Positions 22,429 through 34,956 of a stretch of DNA of 64,000 nt are shown in pieces. The first letter of the stretch is position 1, and each line of letters begins with the position of its first letter. Under the pieces are notes generated by a model. It searched no databases, was not told where the DNA came from, and was given only the letters and a program-made list of their open reading frames with translations. Source of the stretch: Trichodelitschia bisporula (lineage: Eukaryota); assembly GCA_010356995.1 (NCBI GenBank), contig ML996697.1, positions 616,153 through 680,152 of the forward strand, given 5' to 3'. A program made the translations under genes and the position numbers.

Positions 22429-25400
22429 CTAACTCCCCAGCGCCCTGGATAGGGCGGAAAGCAACCCACCACTCTTCCCACTCGCCTTGCTCGTCACCTT
22501 ACTCGTCCGGCTACGCTCCTGGCTCGCAGCCCTGCGATGCCTCCTCCTCTCCCTCTCCTTTTCACGCTCGCGTTCTTCCACCCTACCCCCCTCACGATGC
22601 CCACCCCCACTTGTCTTCGGCCTTTCAACCCCTCCGCTCCCCATCGTCCTGCTGCTCCTCGGCCTATCAAGCCCCGCGCTCTCCATCGTCCGACTGCTCC
22701 GAGGCCGTTCCCGCTCCTTCTCCCGCTCCCTACTGCGGTGTCTCCGATACCTCTCCTCGCCCTCTCGCCGCGGCTGCCCCTTCTCACGACCCATCTGCGC
22801 CGACGTTTCCGGCGAGCGCTTACCCTCCGACTGAAATGAGGGAATCGAGCTGGGTCCGTCTGTGTGCGCGGGCACCTCAGGCGGCGGCTTAACGGCGTAC
22901 GGCTCAGGATCATCAGACGGCGGCTGCTGCAGCGGCACCGCCACCCCCTCATCATCAAGGTCGCGCGTAGAACGGCGCCGGTGGCGGTCTTTGCGTGGGG
23001 GCTGGAGATCTTCCTCGCTCGTGGGTCGGTGGCGCCGACGGCGTGGCTCCTCGCGGTCGCGCTCCCTGCGCGGAGGGCTAGTATGTTTGGCACCGAAGAG
23101 ACCGAAGAATGACTTGCGATTGGGTTCCGGTTCCGTTTTCGAGCGCAGAAGGGGTTTGGATGGTGGCGGGTCGCGGGCGCTATGTCGACGGCCTGTCTCG
23201 CGAAGAGGAACGGGTTCACGTGCAAGTCGCTCCTCCTCTGCTTCGCGGAGAGCACGTTCGCGCCGCTCCTCATCTGCCACCGCCAGCCGGCGGGCAGCCT
23301 CGCGCTCCTCGCGTTCTTTGCGACGGCGTCGACGGCGTTCCTCGTCTTCGGCAGCGGCTTGGAGACGGGCCTCCTCTGCCTTCTCTGCCTTCGCCTTTTC
23401 TTCCTCAATCCGAAGCCGCTCTTCAGCCTCGCGGGCCTCGCGCTCGCGCTCGCGCCTCTCACGCCGACGCCGCATCTTTTCCTCCGCCTGTTCTTTCTCT
23501 TCCCGAGCAGTCTCTCGCCGACGACGACGCACTTCATCATCTCCATTCTCGCGTTCCTTGGCCGGCTTCGACGCCTCCGGTGCTTCCAATGGAACGCCAG
23601 CCTCCACCACCTCACGCTTGCGACGTTCTTCCCGCCTTGCTTTATGGCGCCTGCGCCGCTCCTCTTCGTCGGCGCCGGAGCGAGGTTTCTGCTCCGCAGG
23701 CCAGGTGCCTGACTGGACGACCGGGCGGCTGCGCTCACGTTCGCGGGGCACGTCGTGCTCGCGAGGGACATCGCGGTCACGCTCACGGTGACGGTCACGT
23801 CTGTCGCGCTCCTTGGGAGAGGTGGGTGGGCTGAACATGGCACCGAAGAAACTCTCGCGCTTCCTTTCGTCGGGATGCGAATCGCGCAGAGAATGGCGGC
23901 GTCGACGTTTCTTGCCGTCAGTCAGGTTGGGCGATGTCGGAGTGTTAGGCACTGGATCAAGTGTATCCTCCATTGCGACGTCGCGGCTGACTGTTGCTTC
24001 AGCAGGTGCGTCTATCGGCTCTGAGGCTTTTAGCTCCATAGATGCATCTGCTGTTGCTGGAGCTGCTATCTCCGGCGGCGGTTGTTCTGTTGGCGCAGGA
24101 GCTGGCGCATCTTCCATGGAAGGGCCAGTCTCGGGAGAAGGCTTGTTGTCCGGCGCAGGTTCTTTGTCGGCGACAGGATCCATGCTTTCTGGAGGCGCAG
24201 TATCCGCCAGAGGAGGGTCAGTTGGAGGGTTATCTGCGGGAGCGACTTCTTCGACGTTTTGGACTCCGTCCGCGACGGGATGGTCAGCTGGGGGTGGGGG
24301 GTCCGATGCGGGGGGGTCGTCTGCAGGTGTAGATACGCCTTGGGCATGAGCGCCTTCTTCAATAGGTGCGGGGTTCTGTGCAGCTTCACCAGCTTCTTCC
24401 ATTGGTTGCGTGTCTCCGGCAGGTGCAGGGGCATCGTCCACTGGGGAAGCGTCGGGCGTAGGTGTGGCATCCGCTCCAGCTGGTGAAGTTGGTCCTTCGG
24501 CGACGCCCTGTGAATCGTCTGGTGGCGATTCTTCACTTATTGGCTCAGAGTCTGGTGGCGGTTGAGACGACTCCGGCACTACGGCAGCTTCGTCCACAGG
24601 CGGTTGTGAGGCTTCTGTCGTCTCTTCAACTGGTGCTGGAGACTCTTCTGCCGGAACTGCTTCCTCTTTCGCCGCTTCCCCAGGCGCTGCTTCCTCCGCC
24701 GCTGCTTCGGGCTCCTTAGGCTCATCGGAGGATGGTGGGACCTCTTGCTCCTCAGCAGGTGAATCTCCCGCTTCACCCGATTCTTCCACTGGTACTTCTG
24801 CTGCAGGCTCTGTGGGAGTCTCTTCTGGAAGCTCTGCTGCAGGCTCGACTGGCACTTCGGCTGGCGCTTCGGCTGGTGGCTCGACTGGCTCTTCCGCTGG
24901 CGGCTCGACTGGCTCTTCCGGCGGACTTTCGGCTGGAGATTCAGCTGGTCCGTCAGCTGGAGGCTCTGGAGGCGCACCGGAGTCATCAACAGGTGGAGAA
25001 TCGGCAGGCGGAGCATCAGATGATGAAGTATCAGCAGGTGTAGAATCACCACCGGCAGCTTCCTTTGCAGCTTCGTCGACAGGCGCATCGGTCTCTTCTG
25101 GTGCGTTTTCCGCTGACGGAGTGTGTTCATCCTCATCCTCCTTCGGCCCCTCGGCAGCGTTCTCCGCGTTTGGCATTGTCGGAGGAGCGACCGGAGCGCT
25201 TTCAGCAGGAGGGGTGTCAGGTGCAGCTACTGCAGCAGGTTCATCCTCGGGCTCAGGTGCAGTGCCACCGATCTCTGCAGAATCTTCGGCAGACTGCGCA
25301 GGCTCAGCGAGCTCCTTAGCTGGCGGTTCCAAGGCCTCTTGTACAGCTTCCTCTACCGCATCCAGAGACTCTGACGAGGCTTGCTCGGCCCGCACGTCGG

Positions 25401-28400
25401 CGACATCAGACTCGGCATCGAAATGGTCATCCGAGTCGCTTTTATGCGGGACTTCTGGGGCCTCTGGAGGTACAAAGGTGTCAGGTGCTTCAGTAATCGG
25501 CGCATCTGGAGCTTCAGGCATTGTGACTGGCGGCTCCGGGGCTTCAGGCATGACGGATGACTCGGGTTCCTCGCGTGCCGCAGGCTTGTCCGCATCATCG
25601 CTCGCCATTTGCTCGAGGGGGGTGGCTTCTTGGCTGCAAGGTGGCTCAATACTTCCAACAGGCGCTGGATCGGAAGCACTTCCAGACTCAGACATTGTGA
25701 CTTCCTGGGCGATAGGCTCCGGAGCAGGCGGGTCGTCTTGATTCTTCATGTCCTCCTCCGCAGATTTTTCGCCGGCTTCCAAAGCCTCTGGTTCGCCGGA
25801 CTCGACTGAATCTGCCAATTCCGCATCTGCTTGAGCTTCGGAAGCGTTGTCGCCATCGTCCTGCCCACCCGATTCTTCAGCCTGGGCAGTGGGACTCCGA
25901 GTCGTGTCTTCAGCCTTGTCGTCCGCTGGTGGCGTTTTCTCTGGCGCAATCGGTTGGTCCCCGTCGTCTGATGCAGGGCCGTCAGTCGTGGCAGCTGCAT
26001 CGTTTTCAGGCGTGGGTGGCTCGACATGAGCCGAGCTTGTTTCATCTATATGAGCACCACAGCCTTGCTCCAAAGCTTGTTCAGCAGCCTCTGCAGAAGC
26101 TTGTTCTGGTGCCTCAATTAAAGGATCTTGCGCATTCTCGGTAGCCTCGGAAACAGGCTCGGGAATTGAAGCCTGCTCAGGGTTGCCTTCAGGTTCTGGG
26201 AGTTCCGGTGCTTCGATCGAAATTGGCTCTATGGCAGTCGGTGAACTTTCTGAGCCGACGCCGACGTCAGCAGTCACGGGCTCCGTCTCTTGAGTTGAAG
26301 AAACCTCGGCGGACTCGCCGTCATTGCCAGGTGGGTGCTTTTCATCTGGATCTCCGCTCCCCCCGGGTTCCCCAGTCGCGAGTGTTTCGACAGCAGCCTC
26401 CTCCAACTTGGACTCGTCGCCGGATTCCGATACCCCGGTAGCTGGATCGTCGCAGCTGGCTTGGTCGTCGGGTTCGACTGCTGGCTCCTTGGACTCAGAT
26501 TTGGTCTGCAGTTCAGCGGGCTGTTCGGCAGCGGATGTCTCTGCGGTATCCGTCTCTGCTGGCGTAGAATTTTCGGCAGCCAAATCCTCTGTAGAAGACG
26601 GCTCCGCATCATCGTTGGAAGATGACGCTTCTGAGGTAGATACTCTAATCTCTTCTGATGCTGGTGTTTCATGGTCTTTGGGCTCTGTAACTTGAAGATC
26701 CAAAGCGGGCTCCTCGGCTGGCGCCTCGGGCTCCGTCGTCGAGGATGTGGCCGTTTCTTCGGTATCCCCAGCACCAGGATCCTGAGATGGCTCATCGTCC
26801 AGCACACCTTCGCCGGATGTCGTATCAGGAGCAGCCCCGTCGTTTTCTCCACCAGCTGGATCTTCTTCACCCCCCTCTCGAACCGATTCCTCTAAAGGTG
26901 CAGAGGTGGCTTCTGCTAGGCTTTCCTCTGGTGAGGCAGAAGCACCTTCTTCATCTGCAGGCTCAGGCTCGGATGCTTCCGGCTCCTGGTTTCCGGCGTC
27001 TGCAGGTGTGGGAACATCAGCAACCGCAGGCGGATCTGCATGCTCAACTGCCTCGGGATCCTCGCGGGTCAAAATTTCGGCCGGCGAGTCTGGCGATTCT
27101 GCCTGAGCAGCTTCGTCGCTCCCGCCACCATCTTCAGGGCTGGCAGCTGCAAGATCAGCTTGAAGTCCATCGTGTTCTGTAGCAGCGGTTGGCGTTTCAA
27201 GAGGCTCATGCGCTGCATCCTCGAGGGGTTCTTCCGCTTCCAGTTCGTCCCCTTCGTCCCACTCGTTCCCTTCCGTCTCTTCACCACCAGTTTCCTCGCC
27301 TCCGGTATCCCATTCATCTCCTTCTGTCGTCTCTCCTTCCGTTGCTTCGCCTTTCCGGTTTCCATTATCTTGCTCCATCTCTTCTCCCTCCGTCGATTCG
27401 TCCGCAGAAGCCCCGAAACCCTCCACAGGCTGCTCATCCGCAGGATCCTTCGGACCTTCTTTTTCAACAATTTCCGCCAAAGCGGCGCCAGCCATTTCCT
27501 CAAACCCGGGCTCAGGGCCGCCCGATTCAGGTTCAGTGATGTCTTTAACAGCAGAATCGGATTGAGCGGCTTCCAGAGTTGGCTCTTCTGACGCGGCCCG
27601 TTCAGAAGCGGGCGTTGGCTCAGTTGCTGCTGGCTCTTCCACCTCTACCGTGCCTTCCGCCGCAGGCGGTTCTGTCGCTTCCGAGGGCCCCTTTTCCTGG
27701 GCAGATTCGGTGATCGGTTGCTCTTCGAACTCAGTAGAATGTTCCTTTGCTGCTAACTCCTCTGCTTCGGCTGCGACGACCGTTTCCGGAACCTCGGACG
27801 CCACTGGTTCCTGCTCCGTTCCTTCAGCTGAAAGTGCTTCTTCTACTGCGGGCTCAGTCGCTGGTGGTTGTTCGACAGAAGGTGCGGCTTCTTCGACTTC
27901 TTCCACGGCGGGCTCATCACCAGAGCTGGGGACACTGTCCAAAGTATTGCTCGTATCGTCTTGGGGGTTTTTGTTGTCGTCGTTCCCTTCTTCGGTCGAG
28001 GTCTGAGTTGGCGCCTCCTCGGACGGCGTGACAAGTACAGTTTCTTCAGTCGAAGAGTCGGCGGGCTTGTCTTCCAGGGCGGGGTCAGAAAGTGGCTCCT
28101 CTGCAAGTGAATTCGTGATTGCTTTGCCTGACGATACGACTGCGTCGGTCACAGGCCCTTCAGATGACAGCTCCGGAGCGTCATCAACGCTCGCCCCATC
28201 ATTCGCCTCGCCCTCGGCAGCAACTGGAGGAATTGATTCCGCCCCTTCGTCAAGCGGCAGCGTGTCCGCCGCCTCGTCTTCCGCGGGGGTGGGATTGGCG
28301 TCGATGCCCTCCACCTCGGTGGGCAATGGCACTTCTTCGCCAGCATCTGCACTAGCGGACTCGCCAGCTGGCAGCGCTAGCTCATCGCCAGGCTTCTCGC

Positions 28401-31009
28401 TGCTCGCCTCGTCCCCTGCCACTTGCTCCTCGATGGCCTCGGCTGTGACGGACGCAGGTCCCGTCGGTGCACCTGCAGGGGCGTCGGTGCGCTCTGGTGT
28501 GGCCGCATCTGACGTGGCGGGTGGATCCGCTGGCGCGGGGTCCATTGGCGCGGAGTCGGGTGAGAGAGGGGCTTCAGCGGTGGGTTCCACCGCTTTGTCA
28601 ATTTCCGATTCCCCAATGGCTTCGGGTGAGGACGCGGTGGCGGGTTCTGCGCTTGATTCCTCTACTGCTGGGGGCGTTGCGGCTGGTGTGAGATCGGGGG
28701 ATTCCTCGCTCGCGTTGGCCGGGGCTTGAGCACCGGATTCGGTCGTGTTTACTGCCTTTTCCTCTTCCTCTTCCTCTTCCTTTCCTTCCTGCGGGGCAGG
28801 CTGATCGCTAGGCGGATCCTCTGCTGGGGGAGAAGCTTCAGCAACAGATGCTGGCTCTGATTCTGGCACTTCTGCACCAGATGCTTCTGGCTTTGGATCT
28901 TGCTCTTGCTCGTGCTCTTCAGCGGGCTGTGCTTCTACAATTGGTGGAGCTTCTGTTTCTGTACTTTTTGACTCTGCAGCAGGTCCAGGTCCCTGGTTGG
29001 TACCCTCGTAGGGTGTAGGCCCAGGCTCCGCTTCCTCGGCCACTGGTGCATCCACAGCCGCGTCCACTCCACCACCACCCCGCCCCTTCCGTCCCTTTTT
29101 GCCCTTCCCACCCCTCCCACTCTTCTCCGCCAACTCTCCCACCACGCCCGATGCCGTACTCCCCCGCCTCACCGCTAACATGCCCACAACTCCAGACGTC
29201 GCACTGTCCCGCCGCTCCACGTGCTTCTTCGCAACCACCACCTCCACCTGACCATTTTTGCCCTTCCGCATAACAACCTTCTCCGCCGCCTCTTTTTCCT
29301 TGCGCTTCTTATCCCGCTCCCTTTCCTTCCTGACCTCCTCCCGCGCCCGCGCTTCGTCGTCCTTCCGCTTCTGCATCGCCATAAACGCCTTTCGATCTTT
29401 TCGATGCGGCTTCCCACCCTTCGGCTCCTGCACGCTGGGATCGAACATGACCGTCTTCGTCGCGGAGGGGGAGGACGGCGGCAAAGGCGGCCGCGTCGCA
29501 CCCTCAACCGGGCTAGGCGTAACAGGCCGACCCGGGGCGGCAGCCGGGGCGTCAGTGGGGGCACCAGCAGAGGGAGCTATCGGCTCAGCCGCTTCGAGAT
29601 CCGCGGCAGGAACATCTCCAGGGCCAGTTGGCGCTTGATCCCCAGCTGCAGGCTCAGTATCGGCTTCGGCAGCGGGATCCGCGGCGGGGGCGCCTACCTC
29701 CTTTTCACGCGGCGCGTCGTCTGCGTGTGTGTGCACAGAGCGCGAGTCAGCGGGGTCGAGCGTCTCGCCCTCGGTGGCTGGGTCGGTCCCCGTGCCGGAT
29801 TCTTCGGTCCCTGTCTCGGTCCCGGTGCCGGTTTCTGTGCCCGTGGCATCGGTGCTTGGATACTCAGCCTCCGTTTCCTCGCCCGTTCCCTCAGTACCCG
29901 TTTCCTCAGTACCCGTTTCTTCAGTCCCCTCCGTGCCCGTCCCGTTCTCAGTAGGGTACTCACTTCCCGAGTCCGCGGGCGGCGCGGCAGACGCGGATTG
30001 CGAGTCGGACGACACAGATCCTTCGGGCGGGGGCGGGCCATTTTGCGACGGAGGGGACGCGGCGGAGGGCGAGGCGCCCTCCTCCGGCGGCGATGACGCT
30101 GAAGCTGAGGACGGTGGGGGGTCCGTGACTGAGGGGGGGCTGTCCTCGTTTGGGGGCTCCGACGCTGGGGGGGCGGGGGGGTCCTTTGGGTCCGAGGGTG
30201 GGTCTGAGGGTGGGTCGGCCGGGGGGGCGGCGGCTGCTGGTGGGGGAGGGGGCGGGAGTGGTGGGGCAGCGTCACCTGGGTTCGGGATCTGATGGTGGGT
30301 TAGAGGAGTGGAGGAAGTGGGGGTTGGCTTACCTCTGCTGGAAGCGGAGCCAGCGGTGGTGGCGGTGGTGGCGGTGGTGGAGGAGGTGGAGGTGGTAGAC
30401 CTTCGATGGGAGGTGCTGGTGCTGGTGCTGGAGGTGGTGGAGCGGGTGCTGGGGGCGGAGGCGCTTCTACAATGGGAGCACTGCTGCTGCTTTCCTCGAC
30501 TGGAATTGATTAGCAATGCCAAAATGGATGGTAGGTATCTTACCGCTTGGCCCTTCCTCATCCTCCTCCTCATCATCCTCATCCTCCTCTTCGTCTTCAT
30601 CCCATTCAGATTCCTCCTCCTCCCCTGGATACGCATACGTCGGCTCTACCACGGGCTGTGGCAGTACCCGCCTGTAGGGAATCTTGCCATCATTGACAGG
30701 GGCTTGATACTGATAACTCGCTCTGTACTGCGACGTAGACTGCGAACCAGTGGCATACTGAACCTCGGCCCAGGGCGAGTAAGATATATTGAAGTGGTTC
30801 GCCGCCTGCATCCCGGAATCAAAGGCGTGAGGCGGGGGAGACAGTAGCGGTGGAGGTTGAAGCAGCTGAGGCGGAGGACAGTAGTCTGGATAATAGAGGA
30901 GCGAGGGATCGGGATCGGGAGCCTCGACGGTGTTCAGCCAGTTATTCACAAATGCCCGCTTTGCTGCATCGCCGTTGGATTGCCTGAGAAGTCCCCACAA
31001 GCCGCCCAT
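22429..31009 (-). CDS. Giant (~2830 aa) low-complexity Glu/Ala/Pro/Asp-rich protein with Arg/Glu-rich C-terminus; function unknown
   Basis: Uninterrupted 7.86-kb terminal exon (30288-22429). Two 44-nt canonical introns (30500-30543 and 30289-30332) join the upstream ORF in frame. The start codon is uncertain. Confidence 0.8.
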
Positions 31010-34000
31010 AAAGTAGATGGGCTGGAGCGAGGACTAGTGAGGAGACAAAGTGGCCAGAAATTGGAGATGGGGGAGGGATGGGTTGCTAGCTGCGTAGTCG
31101 CGCGGGATGGGAGGTGGGGTTGTGTGTCGATAATGGGCGGGATGGGGATGGGCTTGGGGTGTACTATCTAAGTGGTGTACACTCGAGCGAATGGCAGCTG
31201 CGCCAGAATGGTGCGGGATGCAAATCGCGGGGGGCGAGACACCAGACGGCAAGTTGCGAGTGACTGGATCCAGTGGCACCGTTGTCCGAGGCGAATTGAG
31301 CTCGACGTGCACCGGCCGAGGGAAAGGTCAAGGACCAGATGGAGGATTTGCTGCCAGGACAGCAGCGTGGGGCAGAATGGTCCTAGGTATGAGGGAGGTG
31401 ACGGAGGAGGGGACAGCGGGGGGAGTGTTCGGCAAGGTCCATTAGGGACAGACTCCTCGTCCAGTGCTGAAGCACCACGAATTGAACCAGAACCAGCAAG
31501 AATTGGATGAGGGAAAAATGATGAGAATCTTCCAAGTCGCAGGTCCAAGGTTTCCAGAAAGAAAGCCACCCCTGCTCCCCGCCATCAACCCCCGGCCCGA
31601 TCGCTTCCTCTCGAAGACGAGGAATGGCGCAAGTACGCGACAGCCCGGTTGGCCCGATACGTCGTCAGCGGTACAAAGCCGTGTACCGCACACATCGCCA
31701 TATGCTGTCCTTAGCCGGGACGGGGTGCTCGCTGCCGTTCCTCCAGCCAGCACTCAACAACTCACGGTGCGCGTTGCTATTACACGACGCTTGGCGAGTT
31801 GGATCATTGGGTCCACGTCAGTCGTTACAAGGACAGTCCAACAATGGCCCGTGAGATACGACAGCTGCCGGCTAACCCCCAACTCCTGCACCCAAAGGAA
31901 CCAAGCAACGGAGACTGCTGCACCGATAGCGGCTGTTGAGCTTGCGGCGGGGGGTGGGGGGCTGGGGGAGGTGGGGCTGGGATGCCCACAGATCGAACGC
32001 ACATTGGTAAATTGGCGTGACGGGCCCGTCGTCATTGGGCGGCAGGTTCGGACGGAAACTCAAGATGGCAGAATGCATTGCGCTTTTTGCACTGCAGGCG
32101 CTATAGGTTGCGTGTGTTCAACCGACGACCTCATAATCGACGATTAGGAGAGCTTGGTTTCCTTTTGGCGAACGGGTCTCGTGGTGGTTCGTTGAATCGC
32201 TGTCCTCGGCGTCCCGACGACAGAGCCGCTGGGATCATGTGCCTCTACGGAAATGGCGGATGTGAGAAAAAGAGAAGATATTGCGCGTTCCAGACGCCGA
32301 GGTTGATCGCTTGATAGGAGACATGGAGAAGTTTGGCGGGGAAATCTGGAGAGGCCCATGCCCGTCCGTCGTCTGCCCCCCGAGGGCCGACCCGAACACC
32401 CGAACAAGCGCCCTCGAGCCGCCTTACGGCCTGGCCTCAGATGCTAGCGCCAACCTTCTTTCGTCGTGCCTGCCCTTGCGCCCGCTGGTGCTACGTGGAC
32501 AACGTTTCGCTGTACGTCCTGAATTGTACACATTCTGTGACGGGCGCTCTTGGTCCTACTTTGTACTCAGTGCTTGTGGCCGGTCTCAAAGCGGGGCAGG
32601 AATGCAGCTGCCCCACTATGGCCTTGATGAGGCATACCGGCATGTCGGTGGCGGACGGTGTTGGCTGCCAGCGGCATGCTGCAGCACCGTGGGAGCCGGG
32701 CTCTGTGCAGCATGCTCTGCTCAGGGGTAAGTGCAGGACGCCAACGGAGTGTGCGCTATCAGTGTCGTTGGATGGCTCCGATGGTTAGATGCCGGTGTCA
32801 GGAGGGAATACGTTGTACCTCCCGCGGCAAGGCGCACTGTCGTCTGCTTGTGGAAGGGGTGTAGGGTACGTACTGTAACCGGTAGTCCTCGAGCTTTCCC
32901 ATTAGAGTGCCGACTCTGACGCTCCGAAGGAAGCCTTTCAACGTAGATCCTAATGCTTCGTATAACATTCTGTGGAGCTGCATTTGGGCATCAACCACTC
33001 TCAAGTCTAATGGGACATCCGAAAACTTGCCTAGAAGTATTCTTTTCCCGACAGCGACTCCCAGAAGCGGCAGAGGGTCCCTATGCCTCATGTCGAAGAT
33101 TCATCGCCTGCAGTTGGCTCCCTCACTCGGAGCTGGCTGTGCAGCCAAGGGTCGCTCAGGAAAGTCATAGCCACTATACATCAGCTTTTTTGCAGACGAG
33201 GGTAGCCGCGACTTTTCTGGGAGGCCCTGGGACGCTATCGTCACGAGCCAGTGTGTGCACGTGGGCGCTTAAGCTCGCGGAAGAGAAGCGCACTGCCAAA
33301 TGAGAACAGAGGCGCCGAATTCGGACAACCTAATGGTTACATACCCCAAACTGCTTGGCCAAGGCGCCCTGACATTGGAATACTCTCCATGGATCCGTAT
33401 GCCTTACCAAATAGTCAACGTCGTGCCTTTCGGTCTGTTTATGAAATGTCATTGAACATACCTCGATGCAGGACTGAGTGATGGGAGCAAAGCTCTCACA
33501 CGTGCAACGGCAGCTGTGTGAACTGAAGATTGAAGTAGAAGAGGAAGAGAGGAAGAGAGGACGAGACTCTCGGAACTCAAATGCACGATGCCAAGTATCC
33601 TCCTTTGCTCCTTCCTTCTATCATGCGCTCATTACATCATGGCCCTTGGTATGTACCTCCCTGACATACCAATGCTCCTTCCATGTCCACATCACTGAGT
33701 TCCAGCAGCGTTGAGTACTGCGGAAATGCCTCGGCCATTCGATACATATGCAAGAAACCCACTCACATGGCTGCCGCGCTTCAGTTTGAGGATATCACCG
33801 ACAGGATTGAAATGTTGCAGAACATTTTACAGAACAGTCGGGATTTAGCGCCCCATGAAGATACGACTCGCCTTTCAAGTGAAGACTCACGGGTAATCAA
33901 TTGCAGTACAGAAGTACCTGTCTATAGAAATTGGCGAAATCCAAGAGAACAAAGGAACAACTAGCATTGCGTCTCCACGCTGAGGCTCGTTAAGGGGCCG

Positions 34001-34555
34001 TAATATTACTGATCCGTTCGTGTGAGTGGTAAAATGCCCGCATTCTGCCGTTTAGCACACCGAAGAGATGCGATGAACGGAATAGAAGAGCAAAGGCCAA
34101 GCAACAGCCGAGATACCGAACAGATGCCATGAAGGAAAGCACAGTCGACAGTCACCGAATACCACCAGGCACGTCTTTAAAAATATCACCGTCTCAGCCA
34201 CTCACTTGCGTGCAATATCACCAGCCACATCTTGCCTTGATTCGGCAGACCGATTCTTCCACTCCGAAGTGCCATCGCGAAAGCCTTGCACATCCAGCCC
34301 AGCGATGCCTTCCAAGGTGGCAACACCACGGAAACCGAATTCAGGTTCATGCTCGTATGATTGATGCTCGCTACCGGTAACGTATGTGGAGAGATTGTGA
34401 GGTCTGCTGATGCTGGCTGTGCCAACAAAGAGTGCGGGATATTGATGAGCTGACAGTGGCAAATGCGGAAAAAACCAAAAGGGAAATGCTGAACGCTGGA
34501 ACCACCAACCCGAAGACACCGACGCCGAAGGAGACTTTTGAACACCAAAGAAGAG

Positions 34556-34956
34556 TCATTGCCGCCGCCCGCGTTGCAGCAAATAGACCGGCTTATTCAA
34601 GTACCAGTCGGCCTCTTCGGTCCGATTCACGGCTTGCGTCGTCTCGTAGTCGTACGACGCCTGCTTTATGTCCTCGATTTGTTCCTTTCCGAACATTAGT
34701 TGAGGCATTCAGACTGAAAGGGGGACAGTACCTTCGTCAGTGACGGCCCGCTGGTGGTCACTAAGAAGCCGTCTCTGCCCTGATGGCGGTCAGTTTTGCT
34801 GCCATCGTGATAACGGGGCCCACGAACTTGGTGTTGGAATGGCCTAACGATGGCATCGGGCCCGCAGTAATATCGGATTTGACTCTGAATCACCACTCGG
34901 CTTATCCCATAGCCTGGAACGAAGTAGCTGTTCGCTGGTTGACCTTGGGTTGCCAT
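34556..34956 (-). CDS. Small (101 aa) fungal protein resembling the RfeG-type N-terminal domain
   Basis: Introns 34780-34827 and 34685-34731 give MATQGQPANSYFVPGYGISRVVIQSQIRYYCGPDAIVRPFQHQGRDGFLVTTSGPSLTKEQIEDIKQASYDYETTQAVNRTEEADWYLNKPVYLLQRGRRQ*. The F.PG.GI.R.VI...I..Y.G..A.VRP....G..G pattern was recalled from memory. Confidence 0.75.
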
